Assembly (NCBI GenBank): GCA_030390025.1 | Contig: CM059432.1 | Location: 30,816,001 to 30,880,000, forward strand | Source of the DNA: Squalus acanthias | Lineage: Eukaryota | Direction: 5' to 3' | Length of the DNA stretch: 64,000 nucleotides | In this document: positions 63,976 through 64,000 of the stretch, piece by piece | Position numbering within the stretch: the first letter of the stretch is position 1 | How the letters are laid out: every line of letters starts with the position of its first letter | Translations under genes and position numbers: made by a program | Notes under the pieces: model-generated | Told to the model about the DNA's origin: nothing | What the model saw: the letters and a program-made list of their open reading frames with translations, nothing else | Database searches by the model: none

Positions 63976-64000
63976 TGATGTATCGTAACTGCAGAAACTT

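Overview
This is eukaryotic DNA made almost entirely of repeats. The repeat set (CR1 LINEs with a zinc-finger/esterase ORF1, DeuSINE- and V-SINE-like SINEs, L2, RTE, Penelope ends) points to a cartilaginous fish intron or intergenic region; the taxon is an inference. No host gene could be established. Main contents: (1) A young, complete PIF/Harbinger DNA transposon (31384-35562, TAT target duplication). It has an intact DDE transposase ORF and a convergent 3-exon Myb/SANT gene. Several deleted derivatives and MITEs of the same superfamily are scattered through the window. (2) A complete Gypsy (Mag-like) LTR retrotransposon (56521-61019; 215-bp LTRs with 4 differences; CATTG duplication). Its PBS position is complementary to its own LTR rather than being an obvious tRNA site. 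(3) Two related long retrovirus-like solo LTRs (24167-25271 and 62246-63687), each with a 6-bp target duplication. (4) Many nested, decayed CR1/L2/SINE/Penelope fragments. Ends are exact where TIR, TSD or LTR sequences are quoted; otherwise they are approximate and read by eye.
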